From Actinomycetota bacterium (GTDB taxonomy: Bacteria > Actinomycetota > Actinomycetes > S36-B12), in the NCBI GenBank assembly GCA_016870195.1, contig VGCC01000005.1:19126-83125 (forward strand): 64,000 nt of DNA. Reading direction: 5' to 3'. How positions within the stretch are numbered: position 1 is the first letter of the stretch; every line of letters begins with the position of its first letter. Positions 1 to 7,960 of the stretch are shown piece after piece. The position numbers and the translations under genes were made by a program. Under the pieces are notes generated by a model, which was given only the letters and a program-made list of their open reading frames with translations, made no database searches and was not told the DNA's origin.

Positions 1-1
1 G

Positions 2-463
2 GACCTGCTTCCCGATCTCATCCGACGCGCGGTTCAGGTGAAGGCCGACGTCGTGGGGGCCGATTTCCGCGAGGTGGGTGGAGCGAACGGTGCTATCGGC
101 AGGGAGGCGCTCAACTACGGGCACACCCTGGGGCATGCGATCGAGCACTGCGAGGACTACACCTGGCGTCACGGGAACGCCGTCGCGGTGGGTCTCATGT
201 TCGCGGGTCAACTCGCGTTTCTCGGTGGGCGGCTCGACGCGGAAGGCGTGGAGACCCATCGCGCAGTCCTCGATGCGGTAGGTCTCCCACGCACCTACCG
301 ACGCGATGCGTGGCCGGCTCTGCTCGAGGCGATGTCCCTCGACAAGAAGTCCCGCGGGACGACCCTGAGGTTCGTCGTTCTCGATGGGCTGCAGAACCCG
401 ACGATCTGGCGGGCACCGGAGCAGGATCTGCTGGTCGCGGCCTACGACGCCATCAGCGCGTAG
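2..463 (+). CDS. aroB: 3-dehydroquinate synthase, C-terminal part (5' end lies outside the window)
   Basis: The frame is open from the window edge. It carries the metal-binding motif LNYGHTLGHAIEH and the tail RFVVLDGL typical of AroB. aroQ follows, as in the actinobacterial aro operon. Confidence 0.9.
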   Translation, partial: DLLPDLIRRAVQVKADVVGADFREVGGANGAIGREALNYGHTLGHAIEHCEDYTWRHGNAVAVGLMFAGQLAFLGGRLDAEGVETHRAVLDAVGLPRTYRRDAWPALLEAMSLDKKSRGTTLRFVVLDGLQNPTIWRAPEQDLLVAAYDAISA

Positions 464-472
464 GCTCGGCGC

Positions 473-904
473 ATGGCGAAGGTCCTGGTCCTCAACGGAC
501 CCAACCTCAACAGACTCGGCAGCCGTGAGCCCGATGTCTACGGCACCGGAAGCTATGAGGAGTTGGGTGGGGCACTGGCCGCGCTCGCGTCCGAGCTCGG
601 CGTGGACATCGACATGCGCCAGACCAACGACGAATCGGAGATGCTTTCCTGGCTGCATGAGGCCGCCGACGGGAGTACCCCGGTGATCCTCAATCCGGCC
701 GCGTTCACGCACTACTCCTACTCGCTCCGCGATGCGTGCGCACTGCTGACCGCCCCGATGATCGAAGTGCACCTCTCGAACCCTCTTGCCCGCGAGGAAT
801 TCCGGCATACGTCGGTGGTCTCCGGTGTTGCGACGGGAACCATCTCGGGCCTGGGTTTCGACTCGTACCTCTTGGCCCTGCGCGCCATCGCCGCGCGGGT
901 GTAG
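473..904 (+). CDS. aroQ: type II 3-dehydroquinate dehydratase
   Basis: The N-terminal signature VLNGPNLNRLGSREPDVYG is present, with HLSNPLAREEFRH. At 143 aa the length is typical. Confidence 0.95.
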   Translation: MAKVLVLNGPNLNRLGSREPDVYGTGSYEELGGALAALASELGVDIDMRQTNDESEMLSWLHEAADGSTPVILNPAAFTHYSYSLRDACALLTAPMIEVHLSNPLAREEFRHTSVVSGVATGTISGLGFDSYLLALRAIAARV

Positions 905-907
905 TTC

Positions 908-1972
908 GTGGACCTCACCCACCGACGCGAGCGACTCCTCTCTGCTATCTCTCCGGGTTCCGCATATATCTCCACGGATCCGGTTGCGATCCGGTACTTG
1001 ACCGGATTCACCGGTAGCAGTGCCACGCTCGCGCTTGCTCACTCCCTGATCATCTTCGTCACCGATGGTCGCTACCGCGACCAGGTTGTGCTCGAGTGTC
1101 CTGGCATCACACCGCTCATCGACCGGAACGGTTTTGCGAAGGTGACCGAGGAGTTGCTGCGCAGGGGAGTGCAGCAGGTGAGTGTCTCCCCGTCGACACC
1201 TTCCTCACACGTCGAGCAACTGCGTGCATCCTTCACCGAGGTTGAGGTGTGTACCGATGATCCGGTCGTCGCCCTGCGCCGGGTGAAGGACTCCGGTGAG
1301 CGTGCCGCACTGCGCGAGGCATGTGCGATCACCGCCGCATCCCTCAGGGAGTTAGTGCGACACATCCGCGCTGGAGATCGAGAGATCGACATCGCTCGAC
1401 GCCTCGAGGCCGAGTTCGGTCGACGGGGCGCCGAGGATCGATCGTTTCCGACCATCGTCGCGACGGGAGCCCACTCGGCCATCCCCCATCACCGCCCCAC
1501 CTCGACCGCACTCGCGCCCGGGGACCTGCTCGTGATCGATTGCGGCGCCCGCGTTCGGGGGTACCACGCGGACATGACCCGCACGTTCATCGTCGGTGAG
1601 GATCCTGCCGAGTGGCAACGTGAGATCCATGCAGTTGTATCGGAAGCCGCGGCTCGAGGCCGCGACTCGGTGCGACCGGACGTGCGTTGCGCGGATGTGG
1701 ACGCCGCTGCACGTGACGTGATCAGTGCGTGCGGATACGCGGAGGCATTCACCCACGGCACCGGACACGCGGTGGGACTGGCGATTCATGAGGCCCCAAT
1801 GCTCAGCGCCGAGTCGCTGGGTACCCTTGCCGCCGGCATGGCGGTCACCGTCGAACCGGGGATCTATCTCCCCAGACGCGGCGGTGTTCGAATCGAGGAC
1901 ACCCTCGAGGTCACTCCCGAAGGAAACGCCGTGCTGACCGAGGCGCCCCGCGACCTCATGCGCGTGGGCTAG
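908..1972 (+). CDS. pepQ: Xaa-Pro aminopeptidase / M24 family peptidase
   Basis: M24 metal-ligand motifs are present ([41 protein letters not shown]). It sits between aroQ and efp, as Rv2535c does. Confidence 0.9.
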   Translation: MDLTHRRERLLSAISPGSAYISTDPVAIRYLTGFTGSSATLALAHSLIIFVTDGRYRDQVVLECPGITPLIDRNGFAKVTEELLRRGVQQVSVSPSTPSSHVEQLRASFTEVEVCTDDPVVALRRVKDSGERAALREACAITAASLRELVRHIRAGDREIDIARRLEAEFGRRGAEDRSFPTIVATGAHSAIPHHRPTSTALAPGDLLVIDCGARVRGYHADMTRTFIVGEDPAEWQREIHAVVSEAAARGRDSVRPDVRCADVDAAARDVISACGYAEAFTHGTGHAVGLAIHEAPMLSAESLGTLAAGMAVTVEPGIYLPRRGGVRIEDTLEVTPEGNAVLTEAPRDLMRVG

Positions 1973-1994
1973 GGAACGACGACCGGGAGAGTCG

Positions 1995-2558
1995 ATGGCG
2001 ACAACGAACGACCTGAAGAACGGCATGGTGCTGAAGATCGATGGCCAGTTGTGGGCCGTGGTGGAGTTCCAGCACGTCAAGCCGGGCAAGGGCGGGGCGT
2101 TCGTGCGCTCCAAGCTTAAGAATGTCCTCTCCGGCAAGGTTGTCGATCGCACCTTCAATGCGGGCGTCAAGGTCGAGACGGCCACAGTGGATCGCCGTGA
2201 CATGCAGTACCTCTACAAGGACGGCGACGACTGGATCTTCATGGACACCACGTCCTACGACCAGGTGTCGGTCCCCTCAGCGGTGGTGGGGGACAGCTCG
2301 GATTACCTCTTGGAAAACCAGGTGGCGCAGATCTCGATGCACGAGGGTTTCCCGATCATCGTGGAACTGCCCGCGTCGGTCGAGTTGATCATCACCTATA
2401 CCGAGCCGGGCCTTCAGGGTGACCGGTCTACCGGTGGCACGAAGCCGGCCATGCTCGAAACGGGGGCGGAGATCCAGGTGCCGCTCTTCATTGAACCGAA
2501 CACCAAGGTCAAGGTGGACACGCGCGACGGTTCCTATCTGGGCCGCGTCAACGACTAG
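1995..2558 (+). CDS. efp: elongation factor P
   Basis: It has the [15 protein letters not shown] loop and is 187 aa long. Its stop overlaps the nusB start by 1 nt. Confidence 0.97.
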   Translation: MATTNDLKNGMVLKIDGQLWAVVEFQHVKPGKGGAFVRSKLKNVLSGKVVDRTFNAGVKVETATVDRRDMQYLYKDGDDWIFMDTTSYDQVSVPSAVVGDSSDYLLENQVAQISMHEGFPIIVELPASVELIITYTEPGLQGDRSTGGTKPAMLETGAEIQVPLFIEPNTKVKVDTRDGSYLGRVND

Positions 2559-2983
2559 TGTCCGCGCGATCCAAGGCCCGTAAGCGGGCCCTCGATGTCC
2601 TCTTCGAGGCGGACAGTAGGGGCGTCCCGATTCCTAGCGTTCTGGCCGAACATGTCCGGCGCCGTCGGGATGAGGGCTCACCGGACTTGAACGAGTACAC
2701 GGTCGCCCTGGTCGAGGGTGTGTCAAGCAATCAGGCCACCATCGACGACCGAATCGAGAATTCGGCCGAGGGGTGGTCGCTCGACCGGATGCCGGACGTT
2801 GATCGGGCGATCGCCCGCGTTGCGGCGTACGAGATCCTCTTCGTGGAAGACGTGCCCGATGCGGTGGCAATCTCCGAGGCGGTCGACCTCGCCACCGACC
2901 TTTCGACCGCCGAATCTCCAAGGTTCATCGCGGGTCTGCTGCATGCCATCTCGAACCAGAGACCTACACCCGAAGCGAGCTAG
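2558..2983 (+). CDS. nusB: transcription antitermination factor NusB
   Basis: It begins ARKRALDVLFEAD, carries the RMPDVDRAIARVAAYEILF core, and lies in the efp-nusB synteny. Confidence 0.93.
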   Translation: MSARSKARKRALDVLFEADSRGVPIPSVLAEHVRRRRDEGSPDLNEYTVALVEGVSSNQATIDDRIENSAEGWSLDRMPDVDRAIARVAAYEILFVEDVPDAVAISEAVDLATDLSTAESPRFIAGLLHAISNQRPTPEAS

Positions 2984-3057
2984 TGCCCCGGGTGGGATTC
3001 GAACCCACACTGGACGGTGTTTGAGACCGCTTCCTCTGCCGGTTGGGATACCGGGGC
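2984..3057 (-). tRNA. tRNA-like gene with anticodon CAA (Leu) and A73, but class-I length (5-nt variable region). It may be an atypical tRNA or a decayed tRNA-Leu.
   Basis: The reverse complement folds as GCCCCGG/CCGGGGC acceptor (7 bp), T arm GTGGG-TTCGAAT-CCCAC, and anticodon arm GCGGT-CTCAAAC-ACCGT. The D stem is weak (TCCC/AGGA) and no CCA is encoded. Confidence 0.6.
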
Positions 3058-3098
3058 GCTGCGCCAAGGGTAGCCAGATCACCGCGTAGCGTTGCGGC

Positions 3099-3704
3099 GT
3101 GGAGACCAGTGCGGTGCGGATCGTCGTCGTCGAGGACGAGTCGATCATCCGGATGGACCTGGTCGAGACCCTCCGCGAACTCGGGTACCTGGTCGTCGGC
3201 GAAGCGGGGGATGGCGCCGCCGGGATCGAGGTCGTGCGCGCGACCAACCCGGACCTGGTCTTCATGGACGTGAACATGCCCGTGATGGACGGCATCACCG
3301 CGACCCGCGCGATCGTGGGAGAGGACCTCGCCGCGGTCGTGATGGTCACGGCCTATGCGCAACGGTCGGTCGTGGACGAGGCAGTGGCGGCCGGAGCCGC
3401 CGGGTACATCGTCAAGCCATTCAGCAGCTCGGATCTCGCGCCCGCGATCGAGGTAGCCGTGGCGCAGCGACTTCAGCTGCGGGCGCTGCGGGGGCAGGTC
3501 GCGTCCCTGGCCGGGCGGGCCCAGTCCCGGTCCCTGGTGGAGCAGGCGGTCACCGTCCTGGGGGAGTCCCAGGGCCTCGGCGAGCCCGAGGCGTACGCGC
3601 TCCTGAGGCGGGCGGCCATGGATCAGCGCGTCACCCTGCCCGAGGCCGCCGCCCTGATCCTCGAGCGGATTCAGGGGGGAATATCACAAAAGGGTCACGA
3701 ATAG
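3099..3704 (+). CDS. pdtaR: response regulator with ANTAR RNA-binding output domain (PdtaR-like)
   Basis: The receiver domain shows VVVEDE...DLVFMDVNMPVMDG...KPF. The C-terminal ANTAR segment shows LVEQAVTVL...EPEAYALLRRAAMDQRVTL. The start codon is GTG. Confidence 0.88.
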   Translation: METSAVRIVVVEDESIIRMDLVETLRELGYLVVGEAGDGAAGIEVVRATNPDLVFMDVNMPVMDGITATRAIVGEDLAAVVMVTAYAQRSVVDEAVAAGAAGYIVKPFSSSDLAPAIEVAVAQRLQLRALRGQVASLAGRAQSRSLVEQAVTVLGESQGLGEPEAYALLRRAAMDQRVTLPEAAALILERIQGGISQKGHE

Positions 3705-3752
3705 GACCCGAACCCCGCACCAGATTTCGCCCCTTCACGAGGGTGGCCGTAG

Positions 3753-3793
3753 GCTGTCGGGACTGCGACGGCACTCGTCGTCGTTTCGTATGT
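3753..3793 (+). promoter_or_regulatory. two mutually exclusive hairpins in the SBP leader, a possible antiterminator/terminator pair
   Basis: Hairpin A (3753-3772) has a 7-bp stem and loop GGACTG. Hairpin B (3765-3781) has a 6-bp stem and is followed by CGTTTCGTATGT. They share 3765-3772. The U-tract is poor and the canonical ANTAR dual-hexaloop motif is absent. Confidence 0.25.
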
Positions 3794-3806
3794 CCAAGGA
3801 GAATGC

Positions 3807-5141
3807 ATGAAGCGCACTATGGTCATCAAGGCCGTGGCCGTGCTTGGCGTTGCCTCCCTCGCGCTCGCTGCGTGCAGCAGCGGTAACGAGGCTGCCACTG
3901 AGGAGACCGCAGCTGCGGAAACCACGGAGGAAGCGGCACCTGCTGAGGAGACTGCCACTGCAGAGGAGACCGCAGCGGAGGAGGCGTGTGCGAACACGAC
4001 CCTCGTTGTCGGCTCGCTGCTGCCCGCCACGGGCGACCTTGCCTTCCTCGGCCCACCGGAGTTTGCCGGCGTCGAGAAGGCAATTGCAGAGATCGACGCC
4101 GCAGGCGGCGTTCTCGGCCAGCCCGTCACCTACATCGAGGGCGACTCGGGTGACACCAGCACTGACATCGCTTCGCAGACCGTCGACTCGCACCTCTCGC
4201 AGGGTGTGCAGGCGATCATCGGCGCGGCGTCGTCGGGCGTCTCCCTGACCGTCATCGACAAGATCACATCCAATGGCGTGGTTCAGATCTCACCGGCGAA
4301 CACCTCGCCGGCGCTGACCACCTACCCGGACAATGGTCTCTACTTCCGCGTTGCTCCGTCGGACGTGCTCCAGGGCGCTGTCCTCGCGAACACCGCTATT
4401 GACAAGGGCATCACCAAGCTCGCTGTCATTGCCCGCCAGGATCCCTACGGTGAGGGTCTCAAGGACGCCACCGTCAAGGACTTCGAGGCGGCTGGTGGCA
4501 CCGTGACGTTCAACGAGGTCTACGACCCGGCAGCCACCTCCTTCGAGGCTGAGGTTGCGGCGGTCAAGGCCAGTGGTCCGGAGGCTGTTGCGGTCATCGG
4601 CTTCGAGGAGACAGTCAAGCTGCTCCAGGAGATGATCAAGCAGGGCGTCGGCCCGAAGGACGTTCCGCTCTTCCTCGTGGATGGCAACATCTCCACGACG
4701 GCATACGCGGACTTCCCGAAGAACACCATGAAGGGTGTCGTCGCGACGGTTCCGTCCGGTGAGGCCGATCTCACGGCGTTCAACGAGTCGCTGCTCGAGG
4801 TTGATCCTGAGCTGACCGACTTCGCCTACGGCGCACAGTCCTACGACGCAACCATGCTCGTGGCTCTGGCCGCCCAGGCTGCTGGTTGCGCCGACGGCGC
4901 TTCCATCGCCGAGTTCCTGCCGCAGGTCGCCGGCAACGGTGGAGAGCAGTGCTCCACCTGGGCCGACTGCGTTGCGCTGCTGGATGCCGGAACCGATATC
5001 GACTTCCAGGGTGTAACCGGCCCGGTCGATTTCAACGAGTTCGGTGATCCCGCACAGGGAACGATCTCGATCAACGAGTACGCCAGCAACACGAAGTTCG
5101 CGGAGATCGGCAAGGTCACGGCAGTGGTGCCGCTGCCGTAA
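3807..5141 (+). CDS. ABC transporter substrate-binding lipoprotein, Liv/branched-chain amino-acid (type I PBP) family
   Basis: It has a signal peptide with lipobox LALAAC|SS and an E/T/A-rich linker. The LivJ/K-like body shows GSLLPATGDLAFLGP and IIGAASSGVS. Confidence 0.88.
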   Translation: MKRTMVIKAVAVLGVASLALAACSSGNEAATEETAAAETTEEAAPAEETATAEETAAEEACANTTLVVGSLLPATGDLAFLGPPEFAGVEKAIAEIDAAGGVLGQPVTYIEGDSGDTSTDIASQTVDSHLSQGVQAIIGAASSGVSLTVIDKITSNGVVQISPANTSPALTTYPDNGLYFRVAPSDVLQGAVLANTAIDKGITKLAVIARQDPYGEGLKDATVKDFEAAGGTVTFNEVYDPAATSFEAEVAAVKASGPEAVAVIGFEETVKLLQEMIKQGVGPKDVPLFLVDGNISTTAYADFPKNTMKGVVATVPSGEADLTAFNESLLEVDPELTDFAYGAQSYDATMLVALAAQAAGCADGASIAEFLPQVAGNGGEQCSTWADCVALLDAGTDIDFQGVTGPVDFNEFGDPAQGTISINEYASNTKFAEIGKVTAVVPLP

Positions 5142-5159
5142 GGCAGGCACCGGCCATGG

Positions 5160-5189
5160 GGCCCTGGCTTCCTTCGGGAGGCCAGGGCC
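5160..5189. terminator. strong bidirectional hairpin between the convergent SBP and livF genes
   Basis: GGCCCTGGCTTCC-TTCG-GGAGGCCAGGGCC forms a 13-bp stem (one G:U) with a UUCG tetraloop. It lies in the 65-nt gap between two stop codons, and a TTT run follows. Confidence 0.7.
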
Positions 5190-5206
5190 TCAACCTTTGG
5201 GGGGAC

Positions 5207-6073
5207 TCAGGCGCGGGCGAGCGTGCCGAGATACAGCTCGATCACCTTCGGGTCGTTCGCCAGGGAGCGCCCGGTGCCGGTGTAGGCGTTGCGACCCTGG
5301 TCCAGGACGTAGCCGCGATCGACGATCTGCAGGCAGCGGCGGGCGTTCTGCTCGACGATGATCACGGTCACGCCGGTGGCATTGATGCCCTTGACGCGCA
5401 CGAACACTTCATCCTGCAGCGCAGGGGACAGGCCGGCCGACGGTTCATCGAGAAGCAGCACGGACGGTTCCATCATGAGCGCGCGACCCATCGCGACCAT
5501 CTGGCGCTCGCCTCCCGAGAGCGAACCAGCACGTTGCTTGCGGCGCTGCCCGAGTGTCGGGAAGAGGTCTGCAACCTTGTCAAAGCGCTCGGTGAACTTC
5601 TTGGGTTCCTGGAAGGCACCCATCTGCAGGTTCTCTTCAATGGTGAGCGATGGGAAGACGTTGTTGTTCTGCGGCACGAAGCCCACCCCGCGACGCACGA
5701 GTTGGTCGGCGCGCAGATTGGTGATGTCCTCGTCGCGTAGAAGCACGCTTCCCTCGTTGACGCGCACCAGGCCGAAGAGGGCTTTGAGCAGGGTCGACTT
5801 GCCGGCACCGTTGGGGCCAATGATGCCGACGAGTTCACCGTCTTTGGCGTAGAGGTCGCATCCGTTGAGGATGTTGACTCCGGGGAAGTAGCCAGCAACC
5901 ACACGGTCGGCGCGGACCAAGGCTCCGACGGACTCGGAGGCGTGGATTTGTTCGAGCGTGGCGGCATGCGGCGAGGCATTTTGGCTGGCGTCGAGGTCGA
6001 TCTCCCGCTCGAACTCGCGGGGGTCGTCAGGGCTCCCCGGCGCGGGAAGGTCACTGGGCTCGGTGTAGTTCAT
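5207..6073 (-). CDS. livF: branched-chain amino-acid ABC transporter ATP-binding protein (LivF-like)
   Basis: It has Walker A GPNGAGKST, signature LSGGERQM and Walker B LLLDEPS. The start overlaps the livG stop by 4 nt. There is an N-terminal extension of about 55 aa. Confidence 0.9.
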   Translation of the reverse strand: MNYTEPSDLPAPGSPDDPREFEREIDLDASQNASPHAATLEQIHASESVGALVRADRVVAGYFPGVNILNGCDLYAKDGELVGIIGPNGAGKSTLLKALFGLVRVNEGSVLLRDEDITNLRADQLVRRGVGFVPQNNNVFPSLTIEENLQMGAFQEPKKFTERFDKVADLFPTLGQRRKQRAGSLSGGERQMVAMGRALMMEPSVLLLDEPSAGLSPALQDEVFVRVKGINATGVTVIIVEQNARRCLQIVDRGYVLDQGRNAYTGTGRSLANDPKVIELYLGTLARA

Positions 6074-6981
6074 GCCGATCCTCCCGGGCTCTCGGTCAAC
6101 GCTTCACCGGTGGACGTGAGCTGCTTATCATGATGCGCGCCGAGGTAGGCGTCGATCACACCCTGATCCTTCATCACGGAGTCCGGGGGACCCTCGGCGA
6201 TGATCTGGCCTTGGGCCATGACGATGACCCAGTCACTGATGTCGTGGACCATGTCCATGTCGTGCTCAACGAAGAGGACCGTGGTGCCCTCCTCGCGAAT
6301 CGCCTTGATGTGCTGCAACAGACTCTGCGTCAGCGCGGGATTCACGCCAGCCATCGGCTCATCGAGCATAACCAACTCGGGTCCGGACATGAGTGCCCGC
6401 GCCATCTCGAGCAACTTTCGCTGACCGCCGGACAGTGAACCGGCGAAGTCCCCGGCCTTCTCAGCGAGATTGAACCGGGCGAGCAACGCCTCGGCGCGCG
6501 CACGGTTCGTGGACTCCTGCCCCTTCCAGAGGGGAGCGATGAAGGAGGACAGGAAACGCTCGCCGATCTGTCCCTTGGCGCCGAGCAACATGTTGTCCAT
6601 CACGGTCATGCGCGAGAGGGCCTTGGTCAACTGGAAGGTGCGCACCATGCCCATGCGGGCGAGCTTGAAAGGTGCCGTGCCAGCGACCTGGCGGGTATTG
6701 AAGGTCCACGCACCCGTGTTCGGCGCATCGAAACCGGTGAGCAGGTTGAAGAATGTGGTCTTGCCTGCGCCGTTGGGGCCGATCAGAGCCGTGATCGAAC
6801 CGCGTTGGATTTGCACGTGCTCGACGTCGACGGCCACGAGCCCGCCGAACTGCCGCTTCACGTTGTCGGCGATGAGGATGGGATCGGGCTTGGCCGCGCC
6901 GGGTCGACGTTCGACGGATGCGAGGACGGCCTGGGTCGCACGCGCCTGGGGGCCGAGCTCCTCGGTGTGGTCAGCGGGCAT
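6070..6981 (-). CDS. livG: branched-chain amino-acid ABC transporter ATP-binding protein (LivG-like)
   Basis: It has GPNGAGKTT, LSGGQRKLLEMARAL and VMLDEPMAG, plus the LivG-type C-terminal tail. Confidence 0.9.
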   Translation of the reverse strand: MPADHTEELGPQARATQAVLASVERRPGAAKPDPILIADNVKRQFGGLVAVDVEHVQIQRGSITALIGPNGAGKTTFFNLLTGFDAPNTGAWTFNTRQVAGTAPFKLARMGMVRTFQLTKALSRMTVMDNMLLGAKGQIGERFLSSFIAPLWKGQESTNRARAEALLARFNLAEKAGDFAGSLSGGQRKLLEMARALMSGPELVMLDEPMAGVNPALTQSLLQHIKAIREEGTTVLFVEHDMDMVHDISDWVIVMAQGQIIAEGPPDSVMKDQGVIDAYLGAHHDKQLTSTGEALTESPGGSA

Positions 6982-7957
6982 CGAGGGCCAACTCCTTCTT
7001 GTCGCCGAAGATCCCCTGCGGCCGGAAGATCATCAGCATCATCAGGCCGAGTCCCATGAGGATGAAGCGGATCGCACCAACATCGGTGGGCTTGAGGAAG
7101 TCGATCCAACCCGCCTGGATGGCCTGGCCGAGGAATTCACCGATCCCCGCGAGCAGGAACCAGAAGATGATCGTGCCGGCGATCGGTCCCAGGATCCGGG
7201 CAGCTCCGCCAAGCAACAGGATCGTGTAGACGAAGAAGGTGAAGTCCGGGACGAAGGTGTCGGGCTGCACGGATTGTTTCGCGACCGCCCACAGGATTCC
7301 GCCGAAGGCCATGATGATGCCGCCGACTACGAGGGATTGCATCTTGTAGGCGAACGTGTTCTTGCCGAGTGAGATGACCGCGTCCTCGTCCTCGCGGATG
7401 CCCTTGACCACACGCCCCCACGGGCTGCGCACCAGGAGCAGCATCAGGACCGAGAACAGGGCGATGAGGCCCCACCCGACGATCACGACCCAGAGGTCCT
7501 GACGGGTCCAGGTCAGGACGGGGAGGGATTCGAAGTCCGCCGGGAGCGGGTTGAGGTCGTGGAACTGCTGGCCGATCTTGCCGTTGAGCCCCTGGGTTCC
7601 ACCGAGATAGTCCGGGAGGACGGTGCGCACCGTCAGGCGCAAGAGTTCGCTGGCTGCGATGGTCACGATGGCCAGATAGTCGGCACGCAATCGCAGTGTG
7701 GGAATACCCAGGAGCAGCGAGAGAAGGACCGCGACGCCCATCGCGACCGGGATCGCCAGCCAGAGGCTGAGTTCAAACGTGAGGACGATGACACCGATGG
7801 CGTACGCGCCCGAGGCGACGAACGCAACCACGCCGAAGTTCAGTAGCCCCGTGTAGCCGAACTGCAGGTTCAGGCCAATGGCGGCGAGACAGTAGATGAT
7901 CGCGGTGATTCCGAGGGCCTGCGTGAGTGTCTGGGAGAAGACGAATGCCCAATCCAT
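6971..7957 (-). CDS. livM: branched-chain amino-acid ABC transporter permease (LivM-like)
   Basis: It is polytopic, starts with NLQFGYTGLLNFG as LivM proteins do, and sits within the operon. Confidence 0.88.
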   Translation of the reverse strand: MDWAFVFSQTLTQALGITAIIYCLAAIGLNLQFGYTGLLNFGVVAFVASGAYAIGVIVLTFELSLWLAIPVAMGVAVLLSLLLGIPTLRLRADYLAIVTIAASELLRLTVRTVLPDYLGGTQGLNGKIGQQFHDLNPLPADFESLPVLTWTRQDLWVVIVGWGLIALFSVLMLLLVRSPWGRVVKGIREDEDAVISLGKNTFAYKMQSLVVGGIIMAFGGILWAVAKQSVQPDTFVPDFTFFVYTILLLGGAARILGPIAGTIIFWFLLAGIGEFLGQAIQAGWIDFLKPTDVGAIRFILMGLGLMMLMIFRPQGIFGDKKELALDAR

Positions 7958-7960
7958 GGG

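Noticed and set aside
3705-3806. A canonical ANTAR target (two hairpins, each with a hexaloop carrying A at position 1 and G at position 4) in the SBP leader.
   Set aside because: The only hexaloop found is GGACTG, and the upstream hairpin has a 5-nt loop. The consensus is not met, so only the generic competing-hairpin observation was retained, at low confidence.
3870-3990. Repetitive DNA (GAGGAGACCGCAGC occurs twice, with GAG/GCx/ACx runs) near the 5' end of the SBP gene, which looked like a tandem repeat.
   Set aside because: It encodes the E/T/A-rich flexible linker that follows the lipobox of the lipoprotein. This is low-complexity coding sequence, not an independent repeat element.
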